From Candidatus Micrarchaeaceae archaeon (lineage in GTDB: Archaea; Micrarchaeota; Micrarchaeia; Micrarchaeales; CABMGC01), in contig JAVZPT010000001.1 of the NCBI GenBank assembly GCA_038881455.1, forward strand, positions 1 to 48,040: a stretch of DNA of 48,040 nucleotides, in the 5' to 3' direction. This document shows, one piece after another, positions 7,323 through 16,387 of the stretch (position 1 is the first letter of the stretch; the number at the start of each line of letters is the position of its first letter). The notes below the pieces were generated by a model. It did not search any database, had not been told where the DNA came from, and worked only from the letters and a program-made list of their open reading frames with translations. A program made the translations under genes and the position numbers.

Positions 7323-10154
7323 CGCATCGAGGCTGGGCTTTAGCGGCATAGCCCTTGATGCACGCGCAGATTTTGATTCTGACTCTGCCTCTACAATAAC
7401 CTCACACGCCAGGACGCTGCTTATGTAATCTGCTGCGTCTCTGAATGATTCTAGCTCTTCTGATTTCGAAACGCTTACAGGCACCAACGCTGCGCGTTTC
7501 TTTGAAATCTGCTCCAAGTACCTTTCTGCAGCTGCTTTGTCTACTTTGCTGCCTGCTATTGACTCGAGAGCCTTTGCGCTGTCTTTTGTTTCGGCAAAAG
7601 CATTGCCTAGCGCGCGTTTCCAGTCTTCGGCAATTATTATGCGAACGCCCTTCGCCTGCTTGCCTGACTTTCTTGCAATCAATGCCAAAACCTCCTTTGC
7701 GTCCTCTATTGTTGAGTCTATTGCTTCTTCGAGAGCTTCAACCTTTGCGTTTGCAAGCCCCTCTTTTGGCTCAGGCCATTTCTCTACTGATGCAAACGTC
7801 TGGTTGCCGAGCAGATGCCACAGCTCCTCGGCAAAGTGTGGCGCAACCGGCTGCAGCATCAGCGCCACATTGGCTATAAATTCTTTTACCACTATTCCGT
7901 TTTTTCCGCCCCTTGCAAAATAGCGTTTAAGCTCTATTATGCTGTTGTAAAATATGTGCATGTACGCTTCCCTGGGCTCAAGCATTTCCATTGCCCCCGT
8001 GGCTGCTTTTATCTTTGCGCTGAGCCTAGAGTAGAGCCAGTAGTCTATTTGCCTGAGCGCGCCCGATTCAAGCGCATCTGAATTGAGCAGCGTCTCGTGC
8101 AAGTAGCTTAGCCTTTCCTGTATGCCGTGCACAGCTGCTACTGAAAAGTTTGCGTCGTTGTAAAGGTCGGTCCCAGCAACCAGGTTTATGCGAAGCGGAT
8201 CGATGCCGAACTTCTCAGCGCCATCTGTAAGTGGCACTATGTTGCCAAGGCTCTTGCTCATCTTTTCGCCCTCGCTGAGCAGCATGCCGTTAGTTACGAT
8301 TTGCTTTGGCCAGTACTTTTTGTCAAACACCGCTACATGGTTGAATATGTACATTGTAAGGTGGTTTGGAATAAGCTCTATTGCCGAGTGGTTTGACGTT
8401 TCTGCATACCAGTATTCAAAAGACTCCCTGCACTTGCGCAAAAGTTCATAGTCGATTCCTGTGCTTTTTGATACATCATCGGCTGTGCCTTTTCCAAGGA
8501 ACACGAAATCGAACAGCTCTGGCTTTAGCGCAGACTCCTGAACGCGCCTCAACAGATGCGAAACGGTATAAAAGGCAGGGTATATAGTGGAATCAGAAAG
8601 CGACTCTATTATGTACCTGTTGTCTAGCGGGAACTTTGTACCCAGACCTTGCATCCTTGCCACTGCCCTTAGGTTTATCCAGTCAATCGCATAAGCAAAT
8701 GCAGCAGCGCTTTCCTTGGGCATTAGCCGCATGCTCTTAATGTGCTCCTTTACCTGTTGCTTCCACTGCTCGTCGCCATAATTCAAGAACCACTGGTCTT
8801 CTACAACCTTTACTACTATTTCGGCGCCGCATCTGCAAAACACAGGCGCATTTGAAAGACCGTAAATCTTTACTGCGTTTCCGTCGCTTACGAGCTTTGA
8901 CCTTACCTTTTCCCTTGCCTCTGGCTCGGTCATGCCCTCATAATCGCCAACAGCCATTAATCCATACCTTGACTCTTCCTTATACTCGAGTTTCGTGGCC
9001 TCCTCTATTGCCTCTTCATCAGAATCTGCGCTAAGGCCCAAAGCCTCAAGGTACGCCTTTGCGAGCTCTCTTGGCTCTGGCTTTAAGGCACTTGCCTTGC
9101 TGCCTGTGGCTTTGCTGAAATCTATGTAAAGGACTGGTATGGGCTCTGGTACAGTAACGCCAGCGCGTCTGAGGCGCTCAAGCGCCGCATAGTCAAATGG
9201 TGCGTGGGCAGGAACACTCATTACAATACCAGTACCAACGCCGGGCTTTACGAAGAAGCCAGCGTATATTGGCAGCTTTGCGTTTGTAATGGGATTTATG
9301 CACGTCTTTTCAGCCAGCTCTCTGCCGCTTATCTCCTTCAGAACCTGTACCTTCATCTGATAGCCAAGAATTTCTGCGCTGGCTTTTGAAATGTAGCACT
9401 GCTTTCCAGTGGACTCTATGCTACAAAGCACGTATGCAGAATCTTTGTTGATAAATATGTTTGTGGCGCCAAAAATCGTCTCAGGCCTGTATGTCGCGCA
9501 TAACACGTATGCATCTTCACCGTCAACTTTGAAGGCAATGGCAGTTTCTTCTTCTATCTCTGGCTCAACTCCGTGCTTGGTATCGTGCATGCCAACGGCG
9601 TTATTTTCGTTTGGACACCAGCCTACTGGATGCCTGCCCTGCACAAGCAGGTGTTTGCTGTTTAGTATGCCGAATTGCCACTCCACGAACCTGCTGAAGA
9701 ATGGTTCTGTTGAGACAAATTTCCTCCTAAAGTCTATGCTGAGGCCTGACCTCACGAAGTTCTCTTCGTCGTACTTTACGAAATACTCGGCAATGTACTC
9801 TGGATCAGACATCTTTGCAATTTCGGAATCTGGAATATGGAACATTTTAAGCTCGCCGATTATCTCTTGGTCGTTATTCTTTATGCGCTTTGCAAAGGCA
9901 AGCACAGGCGTTCCGGTAGCGTGAAAGCCCATCGGGAAAAGCACGTTATAGCCGCGCATTCGCTTATACCTTGCAAGCATGTCTGCAATTCCATAAGTGC
10001 GCAAGTGGCCTATATGCAAAGGCGTGTTTACATAGGGGAAAGCAGCATAGACCATGAACTGCGGCTTTTCGCCTGGCTCTGCTTCAAATATTTTAGCGTC
10101 AGCCCACGCTTGCTGCCACTTCTTTTCTATTTCGCTGAAGTTTAGGATTGCCAT
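7314..10154 (-). CDS. leuS: Leucine--tRNA ligase (archaeal type)
   Basis: Length is 946 aa. Class I motifs are 'PYVNTPLHIGHLRTY' (HIGH) and 'KMSKSLGN' (KMSKS). Confidence 0.95.
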   Translation of the reverse strand: MAILNFSEIEKKWQQAWADAKIFEAEPGEKPQFMVYAAFPYVNTPLHIGHLRTYGIADMLARYKRMRGYNVLFPMGFHATGTPVLAFAKRIKNNDQEIIGELKMFHIPDSEIAKMSDPEYIAEYFVKYDEENFVRSGLSIDFRRKFVSTEPFFSRFVEWQFGILNSKHLLVQGRHPVGWCPNENNAVGMHDTKHGVEPEIEEETAIAFKVDGEDAYVLCATYRPETIFGATNIFINKDSAYVLCSIESTGKQCYISKASAEILGYQMKVQVLKEISGRELAEKTCINPITNAKLPIYAGFFVKPGVGTGIVMSVPAHAPFDYAALERLRRAGVTVPEPIPVLYIDFSKATGSKASALKPEPRELAKAYLEALGLSADSDEEAIEEATKLEYKEESRYGLMAVGDYEGMTEPEAREKVRSKLVSDGNAVKIYGLSNAPVFCRCGAEIVVKVVEDQWFLNYGDEQWKQQVKEHIKSMRLMPKESAAAFAYAIDWINLRAVARMQGLGTKFPLDNRYIIESLSDSTIYPAFYTVSHLLRRVQESALKPELFDFVFLGKGTADDVSKSTGIDYELLRKCRESFEYWYAETSNHSAIELIPNHLTMYIFNHVAVFDKKYWPKQIVTNGMLLSEGEKMSKSLGNIVPLTDGAEKFGIDPLRINLVAGTDLYNDANFSVAAVHGIQERLSYLHETLLNSDALESGALRQIDYWLYSRLSAKIKAATGAMEMLEPREAYMHIFYNSIIELKRYFARGGKNGIVVKEFIANVALMLQPVAPHFAEELWHLLGNQTFASVEKWPEPKEGLANAKVEALEEAIDSTIEDAKEVLALIARKSGKQAKGVRIIIAEDWKRALGNAFAETKDSAKALESIAGSKVDKAAAERYLEQISKKRAALVPVSVSKSEELESFRDAADYISSVLACEVIVEAESESKSARASRAMPLKPSLDALQ

Positions 10155-10164
10155 GATTGTTTTA

Positions 10165-10289
10165 ATCGAATAAAGGATATAAATCGATGTCTGTTGTGCA
10201 CGGTGCCACGTCTGCAGCGGATATGACGTGCGGCTGCGCTTGGCTCCGGAAAGGCTTAAATACCTTATCGAATAATAGATATCGAATAA
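10165..10289 (+). promoter_or_regulatory. Three direct copies of ATCGAATAA in the leuS-padR divergent promoter region (candidate operator)
   Basis: Copies lie at 10165-10173, 10267-10275 and 10281-10289. The first and third extend to ATCGAATAAA. TTATCG (10265-10270) and CGATAA (10291-10296) form an inverted pair around a central GATATC. The last two copies overlap the expected TATA position of padR, whose ATG is at 10298. Confidence 0.35.
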
Positions 10290-10297
10290 ACGATAAT

Positions 10298-10729
10298 ATG
10301 GATGAAACTTTTAGCAAAACTTTTGTCAAAGGAAAGCGCGGCCTGCTCAGACCCATTGTAATCTCAATTCTGAGGCATGGGCCTAAGAACGGCGAAGAAA
10401 TAATGGAAGAGATAGAGAGCATAAGCTTTGGGCTGTGGCATCCAAGCCCGGGCTCTTTGTACCCTTTGCTGGGCGAGCTTTACAAAGAAGGCACGATAAG
10501 CAAAGGAGAAGATGGAAGATATTCGCTTACTGAGAGCGGCAAGAAGATAATTTACCCTTGGGAAGGCCGCTACTATGCAAAAGGCCATAGCCTAGAAGGC
10601 ATCATTAACGAGCTAAACGGCTATGTCTCTTATCTGGAAGACATCAATAGTGAAAGCGCCGAGCAGCTGAAAAAGCACAGGGAAGAAATACGCAAGATAG
10701 TGAAAAGGCTTGGAAGGCTGGCCAAGTAA
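10298..10729 (+). CDS. padR: PadR-family transcriptional regulator
   Basis: The winged-helix pattern 'ILRHGPKNGEEIMEEIE...WHPSPGSLYPLLGELYKEGTI' is typical of PadR. I start the gene at ATG 10298 rather than at the track start 10187. Confidence 0.8.
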   Translation: MDETFSKTFVKGKRGLLRPIVISILRHGPKNGEEIMEEIESISFGLWHPSPGSLYPLLGELYKEGTISKGEDGRYSLTESGKKIIYPWEGRYYAKGHSLEGIINELNGYVSYLEDINSESAEQLKKHREEIRKIVKRLGRLAK

Positions 10730-10745
10730 TTTCCACAGTGATACA

Positions 10746-11747
10746 ATGGAGTATGCAATAACCCTAGAAAGGGTTACAAAAGCATTTGGCAACTTCATCG
10801 CAGTAAACGATGTGAGCCTCAAGATAGAAAAAGGGGAGATTTTTGGGTTGCTCGGGCCCAACGGCGCAGGCAAGAGCACAACGATAAGCATGATACTGGG
10901 GCTTGCAGGCCCGACAAAGGGAAAGATCTTTGTAGAAGGAAAAGACATAAGCACACATTCGATTGAAGCAAAGCGAGACATAGGGCTTGTGCTCCAGGAA
11001 ACAATAGTGGAGCCAGAGCTTACAGCAGAGCAGAATCTACGGCTCTTTGCAAGGCTTTATCATGTGCCAGAAAGCAAAATAGGCAAGCAGATAGACTCTG
11101 CGCTAGAACTCGCCGGCCTTACGCAGTTCAGAAAGGCATATGTGGGTACGTTCTCTGGAGGCATGAAACGCAGGCTAGAAACGGTAAAATCACTCATACA
11201 CGAACCCCAAATACTTGTTTTAGATGAGCCAACCACTGGGCTAGACGTCCAGAGCAGGAACAAGGTATGGGACATTATAAGGCAGATAAACAAGGAAAAG
11301 GGCATAACCATACTGATGACAACGCAATACCTTGAAGAAGCAGACGAAATATGCAACCGCATAGCCATAATGGACCATGGAAAAGTAATAGCGCTTGGAA
11401 CACCCACAGAGCTTAAACACAGCATCGGCAAAGGCAGCATGCTGGAAGTCGCTGCAGACAGGTCAAAATTAGAAGCAATATATGAGATAGTCAAGAAGGT
11501 AACTGGGCAAACGCCCAGCGTGTTAGGTGACAGGGTTGTTGCTTCTTTAAGCGCTTCGGAATCGGTAAAGAAGGTGGAACAGGTAATGACTGCGCTCTCT
11601 GCAAAGAAAATAGAAGTAAACGGAATAAACATGCACGAGCCTACGCTGGACGACGTGTTCATAAAGCTTACTGGCGCATCGCTGCGCGATACCACTAGCG
11701 AAAGCGCAGAATCGGCAAGGTCTGCGCTGATTCGCAGGGGAAGATAG
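10746..11747 (+). CDS. ABC transporter ATP-binding protein (ABC-2/DrrA-like exporter type)
   Basis: Walker A is 'GLLGPNGAGKSTT', the signature is 'FSGGMKRRL' and Walker B is 'ILVLDEPTTGLD'. The start is ATG 10746 (MEYAITLERV...), 16 nt after the padR stop. Confidence 0.9.
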   Translation: MEYAITLERVTKAFGNFIAVNDVSLKIEKGEIFGLLGPNGAGKSTTISMILGLAGPTKGKIFVEGKDISTHSIEAKRDIGLVLQETIVEPELTAEQNLRLFARLYHVPESKIGKQIDSALELAGLTQFRKAYVGTFSGGMKRRLETVKSLIHEPQILVLDEPTTGLDVQSRNKVWDIIRQINKEKGITILMTTQYLEEADEICNRIAIMDHGKVIALGTPTELKHSIGKGSMLEVAADRSKLEAIYEIVKKVTGQTPSVLGDRVVASLSASESVKKVEQVMTALSAKKIEVNGINMHEPTLDDVFIKLTGASLRDTTSESAESARSALIRRGR

Positions 11748-11763
11748 CATGCGTGGTGACTAA

Positions 11764-12864
11764 GTGAGCCTGCTTGGCGACGCGTATAACTTATACATGC
11801 GCGACATGCTGATCTTCAAGAAGAACTGGAAGACAAGCATAGCCAGGTCTATAATCTTTCCTGTAGTGCTTATACTTCTGCTAGGCAACCTTGGCACGAG
11901 CATAAACCATGCGCCTATTGCAGTAGTTAACCTTGCCGGCAACCCAAAAGCAATAAGCTTTGTAAACTATCTAAACAGCCAAAACGCATTAAGCATATAT
12001 GCAATGACCAATCAGCAGCAGGCGATGCAACTACTTAGCGATGGCGATGTGACTTCTGTATTAGTATTGCCACAAAACTTCGGCAGCGCAGATGGCAATA
12101 CAGTATACATATACACTGACGTTTCCTCGCCAATATCTTCACAAGAAGCAGATGCGGCAATAGAACAAGCAGCAGCGCAGTTTGGCGCCAAGGCAAGCGT
12201 GCAAAGCACAGGAGTAAGCACGCAGACAAACTACGTATACGGCGCAAGCAGCAGCTACAAGACATTCCTCATAGCAGGCATAGTTGTGATGGTTGCTGCA
12301 TTCGGCTCCATATACAGCGGCGGCTTCACGCTCATAACCGACAGGCAGTTGGGCAGTCTTAAGGCTTTCATGGCAACTCCCATACACAGGCTATCAATAC
12401 TTCTTGGCAAAATGGCATACGGCATATCGCAATCGATGATAAGTGGGCTTCTTGCGCTTGCCATCGGGTTGGCATACGGCGGCACAATAGCAGCAGGCGC
12501 AATTGGCATACTGCCAATTATCTGGTTTGCATTATTAAGCGCAATAGGCTTCAGTGGCGTAGCTACGGCGCTTGGAACAAGGATAAACAAGATTGAGGTG
12601 TACTCGCTTATAGGCATGGCCATAACGCTGCCATTGTGGATCCTTTCCGGCGCTTTCACTCCAACGAGCACTCTGCCTAGTTTCATGCGGCCTTTCAGCA
12701 CATACAACCCAATGACATATTCTATAGATGCTGTGAGGGACGTAATGCTTAAGGGCTTCTTGCCCATGTCTGCCTTTATACTTTATTCTGCAATTCTTAT
12801 AGGCTTCGGGGTTGCTACTGTTACTATAAGCCTGCTTCTGTTTAGAAAAGCAAGTCCGGTGTAA
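11764..12864 (+). CDS. ABC-2 type transporter permease
   Basis: Architecture is one N-terminal TM helix, a large extracytoplasmic loop, then about 5 C-terminal TM helices, as in ABC-2 permeases. It has a GTG start 16 nt after the ATPase stop. Confidence 0.8.
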   Translation: MSLLGDAYNLYMRDMLIFKKNWKTSIARSIIFPVVLILLLGNLGTSINHAPIAVVNLAGNPKAISFVNYLNSQNALSIYAMTNQQQAMQLLSDGDVTSVLVLPQNFGSADGNTVYIYTDVSSPISSQEADAAIEQAAAQFGAKASVQSTGVSTQTNYVYGASSSYKTFLIAGIVVMVAAFGSIYSGGFTLITDRQLGSLKAFMATPIHRLSILLGKMAYGISQSMISGLLALAIGLAYGGTIAAGAIGILPIIWFALLSAIGFSGVATALGTRINKIEVYSLIGMAITLPLWILSGAFTPTSTLPSFMRPFSTYNPMTYSIDAVRDVMLKGFLPMSAFILYSAILIGFGVATVTISLLLFRKASPV

Positions 12865-12866
12865 AC

Positions 12867-14438
12867 ATGAAAGTGGAGAAAATTGGGAAAACATATGTTT
12901 TGATTGTGGCATTGCTCTTTTCTGTTGCTTTGCTTCCGGGCCATGCGAATGCGCAAGTAGACGGTGCGCTTTCCCTGGCGAACCTCGCTGTAGAGCCAAA
13001 TCCAGTGATTGCTGGTCAGAACGCAAGCATAGTGTTCAGGCTTTACAACTCCTACGATAATGCACTCGAGAACATAAACATGCAGCTTCAAGGTGCATAC
13101 CCGCTGCTTAATTTCTCACCGTACGGAACTTATGAGATAAGCACACTTGGCGAGGGCCTTAGCCCTGGGTTCTACACATACACACTGCACATACCTAACA
13201 CAACCCCAGAAGGCACGTATACGCTTAGCGTTGTTACTACTTATGAGACTACGCCACCAACAGCAATAGGCAAGGAAGTTGGCTCTTCTGTTATGCCAAT
13301 TACACTCTATGTTTACAACAGACCGAGCATAACCATAAACCTATTGCCAAGCGAAATAATACCAGGCAGCACAGTCTCTGCAGCTGTTTCAATAGCAAAT
13401 TCTGGCTATGGCACGGCAAGGAACGTTTCTATTGAGCTACTCAACAGCACAGGATTCGAGGTTGTGGGCACAAAGGCATTCAACATAGGCACACTGCAAG
13501 CGGGCCAGGCAGTTGAAGAGCAAGCAAGCTACTATGTCAGCAGCAACGCCAGCACGGGGCAGCATGAGCTACAATTCTTTGTTACGTACACAACAGACAC
13601 AAACAAAACCTATGGCTTTATTGAGAATGCAAGCGTCGCGGTCGTTGCGCCAAGCCCAGAAATAAAGGTAAGTGTTGCAGGAGCGGTTCCTGAAACGCTT
13701 TACAATGGGTACAACCAAACGCTTGACCTGCTCATACAGAACATTGGCGGCGGCATCGCTAAGAATGTAAGCGTAGAAATAGGCCCGGGCGTAGGTACAC
13801 AGGTAATAAGCTCTGCAAACCACTTTTTCTTTGGCACGCTTGCTCCTGGCAGCGGCGAAAGCGAGCAGGTTCTAATATCAGCAAACTACAACGCGAGCAA
13901 CGCAAGCATAGTTGCATATGCAGATTATTATTCTGCCAATTATGCGAAAAAGTACAGCGCCGAGGAACCTATTGGCCTTGTGCTTGCTCCTTCGGCACAG
14001 TTTGAAGCAATTTCAGAATTCTCCAAGCTCGCGCCTGGTGCAACAGACGTTCCGCTTACTTTTCTTGTAAAGAACAATGGCGACGAAGAGGCGACTGCTG
14101 TGCAATTAAGTCTTCAAAGCACATACCCAATAACCCCAGTAGAAAGCACATATTACATAAGCAGCATAGCTCCGGGTGGCACAGCAAACGTGACTTTTCT
14201 TGTAAGTGCAGACACGCAGGCAGTGCCTGGCAATTACCCGGTTACGATTTACGAGCAGTGGAAACAGCCAAACGGAGCGGTGAACCAAGAGTATTATGGC
14301 ACAACAAATTATTTCGCTAAGGTAAGCGCTTACAGCGGAGGAAGCGGATATGCAGACGGCATAGTAATTGCAATAATAATAGTAATAGTCGTTGTGGCAT
14401 ATGCTGCTAGAAGCAGAAGAAGGCATAAGAAGAAATAG
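12867..14438 (+). CDS. Secreted, C-terminally membrane-anchored surface glycoprotein with about 4 CARDB/COG1361 ('S-layer domain')-like repeats
   Basis: A signal peptide ends in 'GHANA-Q'. Repeated modules share the pattern '..P..I.PG....v.i.i.N.G.g.A.NV.v.l' (for example 'ANSGYGTARNVSIEL', 'QNIGGGIAKNVSVEI', 'KNNGDEEATAVQLSL'). I count at least 13 N-x-S/T sequons. The C-terminus is a TM helix plus 'RSRRRHKKK'. It starts 2 nt after the permease stop. Confidence 0.7.
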   Translation: MKVEKIGKTYVLIVALLFSVALLPGHANAQVDGALSLANLAVEPNPVIAGQNASIVFRLYNSYDNALENINMQLQGAYPLLNFSPYGTYEISTLGEGLSPGFYTYTLHIPNTTPEGTYTLSVVTTYETTPPTAIGKEVGSSVMPITLYVYNRPSITINLLPSEIIPGSTVSAAVSIANSGYGTARNVSIELLNSTGFEVVGTKAFNIGTLQAGQAVEEQASYYVSSNASTGQHELQFFVTYTTDTNKTYGFIENASVAVVAPSPEIKVSVAGAVPETLYNGYNQTLDLLIQNIGGGIAKNVSVEIGPGVGTQVISSANHFFFGTLAPGSGESEQVLISANYNASNASIVAYADYYSANYAKKYSAEEPIGLVLAPSAQFEAISEFSKLAPGATDVPLTFLVKNNGDEEATAVQLSLQSTYPITPVESTYYISSIAPGGTANVTFLVSADTQAVPGNYPVTIYEQWKQPNGAVNQEYYGTTNYFAKVSAYSGGSGYADGIVIAIIIVIVVVAYAARSRRRHKKK

Positions 14439-14461
14439 CCCAGAATAAACGGCCTAAATGG

Positions 14462-15205
14462 CTATGAAATGCGGATGTGGCTTGCAAGTCTGCCGCCGTT
14501 TTCGCTTAGCCAGCGCTTTGCCTGCTCGTAATCTGGCATAGCCGCAGAGACTAGCATCCAAAAAGCACGCGAGTGATTATGCTCCTTAAGGTGCGCAAGC
14601 TCGTGCAGCACGACGTAGTCGAGTATCGGGTCTGGCGCAAATAGTAGCAGAAAATTAAGCGATATGCGCTTTTGACGCGTGTTGCAGCTTCCCCATCTTG
14701 TGCGCGAGTATGTTACAGAAATTTTGCTTAACTCAACATTGAAAGTCTTGCTGTTTAAACGCTTAACGCGCTCTGCCAGTTCTTGATGCACTGCGGCGGA
14801 AATAGCCCTTCGGCAAAGCCTACGTACTTGCCTTTTCCTTTCCTGTTCAGAAGCGCAGCAAGACAGGCTAAGCAGTATTTCGTTGCCGCATATGCTTGCT
14901 GTTGACGACTTCCTACTTGTGTTGGCTATGCGTATTGTCAGCTTTTTACCAAGCACACTTAAAGATTGACCATTATAAAACTCGGGCTCTTCCTGTGCTT
15001 CTAGCGCGTATGGGTTCTTTTCAAGTTTCATGATTATTTTTTGCTTTAGCTCAAGGAAAATTCTGTTCGATTCGGGCTCTTTCAGAAAAGAAGGAATGCG
15101 TATCTTTATCAGATTTCCGTAAACTGTTGCTGTGGCAGTAGTGCCTGCCTTGCGAAGAAGCACCACTTCGAATTTCCTTCCATAAATCTCTACACATTCG
15201 ACCAT
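14462..15205 (-). CDS. YgjP-like metallohydrolase (DUF45 / M48-related zinc peptidase fold)
   Basis: 'HELAHLKEHNHSRAFW' matches the HExxH...NHs..FW signature of the DUF45/YgjP family. Confidence 0.8.
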   Translation of the reverse strand: MVECVEIYGRKFEVVLLRKAGTTATATVYGNLIKIRIPSFLKEPESNRIFLELKQKIIMKLEKNPYALEAQEEPEFYNGQSLSVLGKKLTIRIANTSRKSSTASICGNEILLSLSCCASEQERKRQVRRLCRRAISAAVHQELAERVKRLNSKTFNVELSKISVTYSRTRWGSCNTRQKRISLNFLLLFAPDPILDYVVLHELAHLKEHNHSRAFWMLVSAAMPDYEQAKRWLSENGGRLASHIRIS

Positions 15206-15254
15206 AAAACGACTTTTGGCGCGGCGCGCTGACGAGCTTAACTTGTATGCTATG

Positions 15255-15263
15255 ATATATAAA
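15255..15263. promoter_or_regulatory. TATA box (ATATATAAA) for the Sec61beta small ORF, possibly bidirectional
   Basis: It is centred about 25 nt upstream of ATG 15284, the usual archaeal spacing for a leaderless mRNA. Confidence 0.4.
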
Positions 15264-15283
15264 CTTTGCAGAAAAATAGTATT

Positions 15284-15436
15284 ATGGCGCTTTCAACGCC
15301 TGCCCAGCAGGCAGGCATACTGAGTTTCTACGATGCACCAGAAAAGGGGCCGCACATAACTATAAAGCTGCTTCTGATATGCGTGCTTGTATTTACGCTG
15401 CTTGTGATTGTACTGGACCACGTTGTTGCAGTATAG
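15284..15436 (+). CDS. secG: Preprotein translocase subunit Sec61beta/SecG (50 aa, absent from the supplied track)
   Basis: Own translation gives MALSTPAQQAGILSFYDAPEKGPHITIKLLLICVLVFTLLVIVLDHVVAV. The 'aGi..y.d......i.i.P' motif followed by a single C-terminal TM helix is the Sec61beta architecture. Confidence 0.65.
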   Translation: MALSTPAQQAGILSFYDAPEKGPHITIKLLLICVLVFTLLVIVLDHVVAV

Positions 15437-15479
15437 CAAAAAGCCAGGCACAGAAACTGTTCATGTGAACGCGGTAGGT

Positions 15480-16376
15480 CTAAGATACAAGCGCAAAAAC
15501 GTCTTTCCTGTTTTCAGTAACGTCTCCTTGCTCGGCCATGATGTAAAGCACTCCCCTTAGCGCGTCAGGGTCCGTAGCCATTGCGCTTGAAAGCTCAGCG
15601 ATAGTCTTAGGGCCACTGTTAAGCTCCTTTGCAGCCCTGGCACTGTTTTTCTCAAAAAAGCTCCTAAGCATTATGTAGTATTTCTTGTTGAAGGCGCGCA
15701 CGCCGATTACTTGGCCTTGCCTTATGCTCTCAGATATTGCAAGCGACAGCGCGGCTGCCTCTGCTTCTGTGCCTATAATCACGTAGCCGTTCTTTTCTAG
15801 CGCATTCACGTCTTTGTTTTCTATTTTGGGCTTTTGCAGAGAAGTTTCGACTTCTCCCCATGCACGCGCTTGGTCCACCTCTTCATGCCGCTCCTGCTGC
15901 GCCTGCTTCTTCCGCATCAGAAAGTTATCATAAACATTCTTTGATATGCTGTAAAGCCTTTCCTTTCTTCTTTCATCATTGAACAAAGCAACAAGCTTTC
16001 GCTCTATAAGCTTGTTTAGAACGCGCTTTTCAGAATCGCTAAGCAACTTGCTAACATTGGCCTCGGTCCTTACCGGGTAGCGCAGAGTGTCAAGCTTCTT
16101 GAGAACCGCAAGCTCATCGGGCGATATTTCTACTTTGGCGCTTCTTGCGGCGTTATAAGCAGAGCCAGTTATTAGTGAAGCAATGTCTGCTTTCTTGGCG
16201 AATAGGAAAGCCGTATTGTTGAACTTGAAGAAATCGACCTCGTCATCCTGGCTTATGTGCAGTTGCTCGACTACTTCATAGGGTATGTAAAGCAAGTACT
16301 TGTTGTTTCTTTTAAAGACCTTTACCGTTGAAACACCACGCGCTTTATTAAACGTTTTCTGCTCACTTATTAACAT
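15480..16376 (-). CDS. Hypothetical protein, possibly DNA-binding (AbrB/SpoVT-like N-terminus plus two winged-helix-like segments)
   Basis: 'VKVFKRNNKYLLYIPYEVVEQLHISQDDEVDF' resembles a swapped-hairpin AbrB-type motif. 'ELAVLKKLDTL...' and 'KTIAELSSAMATDPDALRGVLYIMAEQGDV' look like winged-helix units. The track start at 16412 is TTG, so I use ATG 16376. Confidence 0.45.
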   Translation of the reverse strand: MLISEQKTFNKARGVSTVKVFKRNNKYLLYIPYEVVEQLHISQDDEVDFFKFNNTAFLFAKKADIASLITGSAYNAARSAKVEISPDELAVLKKLDTLRYPVRTEANVSKLLSDSEKRVLNKLIERKLVALFNDERRKERLYSISKNVYDNFLMRKKQAQQERHEEVDQARAWGEVETSLQKPKIENKDVNALEKNGYVIIGTEAEAAALSLAISESIRQGQVIGVRAFNKKYYIMLRSFFEKNSARAAKELNSGPKTIAELSSAMATDPDALRGVLYIMAEQGDVTENRKDVFALVS

Positions 16377-16387
16377 TAGGAATAGGC

